From assembly GCA_963814275.1 (NCBI GenBank), contig CAWFCE010000001.1, positions 195,307-259,306 of the forward strand: a DNA stretch of 64,000 bases, written 5' to 3'. The stretch's first letter is position 1, and the number at the start of each line of letters is the position of its first letter. Both the position numbers and the translations under genes were made by a program. Shown here in pieces: positions 63,901 to 64,000 of the stretch. The notes beneath the pieces are model-generated. The model had not been told where the DNA came from. It was given only the letters and a program-made list of their open reading frames with translations, and did no database searches. The stretch comes from Candidatus Parcubacteria bacterium (GTDB lineage Bacteria; Patescibacteriota; Patescibacteriia; Patescibacteriales; UBA12075).

Positions 63901-64000
63901 AAGGCTCATCAGTTAGTGGTGGGCTTTTTTTGTATTAAGTATTTTGTATTAAGTATTAAGTATGATGGCTGAAGAGGGGGAGTGGATAGTTTAAACTTTT

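Noticed and set aside
1-64000. Alternative genetic code (UGA recoding, as in some CPR lineages).
   Set aside because: Conserved proteins read through at full length without in-frame TGA. TGA also terminates ORFs at expected lengths, for example the ABC ATPase (TGA TGA at 7322), aspS, asnS and tpiA. The standard code fits.
1-64000. Search for the autonomous partner (transposase, integrase or invertase) of the IR-bounded units and inverted cores.
   Set aside because: No ORF in the six-frame track shows DDE, serine/tyrosine recombinase, HUH or IS200/IS605-like motifs. The elements are therefore called non-autonomous or unexplained, not IS elements.

Overview
The window looks like a small-genome anaerobic bacterium of Patescibacteria/CPR type. 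This is an inference from gene content: an rplF-rplR-rpsE-rplO-secY cluster with no rpmD, an extended S5, 'GEAWY..LGRP.DAF' repeat modules, and IVS-type GxxExxY and four-helix-bundle genes. I call about 63 CDS, all but four on the + strand, plus tRNA-Thr(GGU), tRNA-Tyr(GUA) and a T-box leader upstream of aspS-asnS. Housekeeping genes: map, ruvX, recO, aspS, asnS, scpAB, tpiA, fba, a DD-carboxypeptidase, korAB-like oxidoreductase and flavodoxins. Membrane and stress functions: ABC/FtsX pair, CaCA antiporter, TspO, MscL, two CorA, two DedA, a VIT-mutM-rbr-dfx stress cluster, two GT4 glycosyltransferases and an MFP+RND efflux pair. These are interleaved with orphan genes and long, visibly AT-rich spacers. 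No transposase, integrase, recombinase, CRISPR array or rRNA was found. Most notable observations:
- Nearly every spacer holds a long hairpin or tandem array built from short sequence words. Several genes (GxxExxY, four-helix-bundle, a Nudix-like gene) sit inside such inverted-repeat pairs.
- Two paralogous ~235-bp palindromic elements 51 kb apart carry the same 88-bp core in opposite orientation between 24-bp inverted repeats.
- Conserved genes lack Shine-Dalgarno motifs, while a small set of orphan genes have canonical AGGAGG sites.
- Further items: a T-box leader with an atypical Stem I, a Cys-rich two-gene orphan module, a degenerate GGDEF (GGDEI) signalling cluster, a PEP-CTERM protein with no exosortase in view, and a 1259-aa sulfatase-like/PhoD-like fusion with Ala at the formylglycine position.
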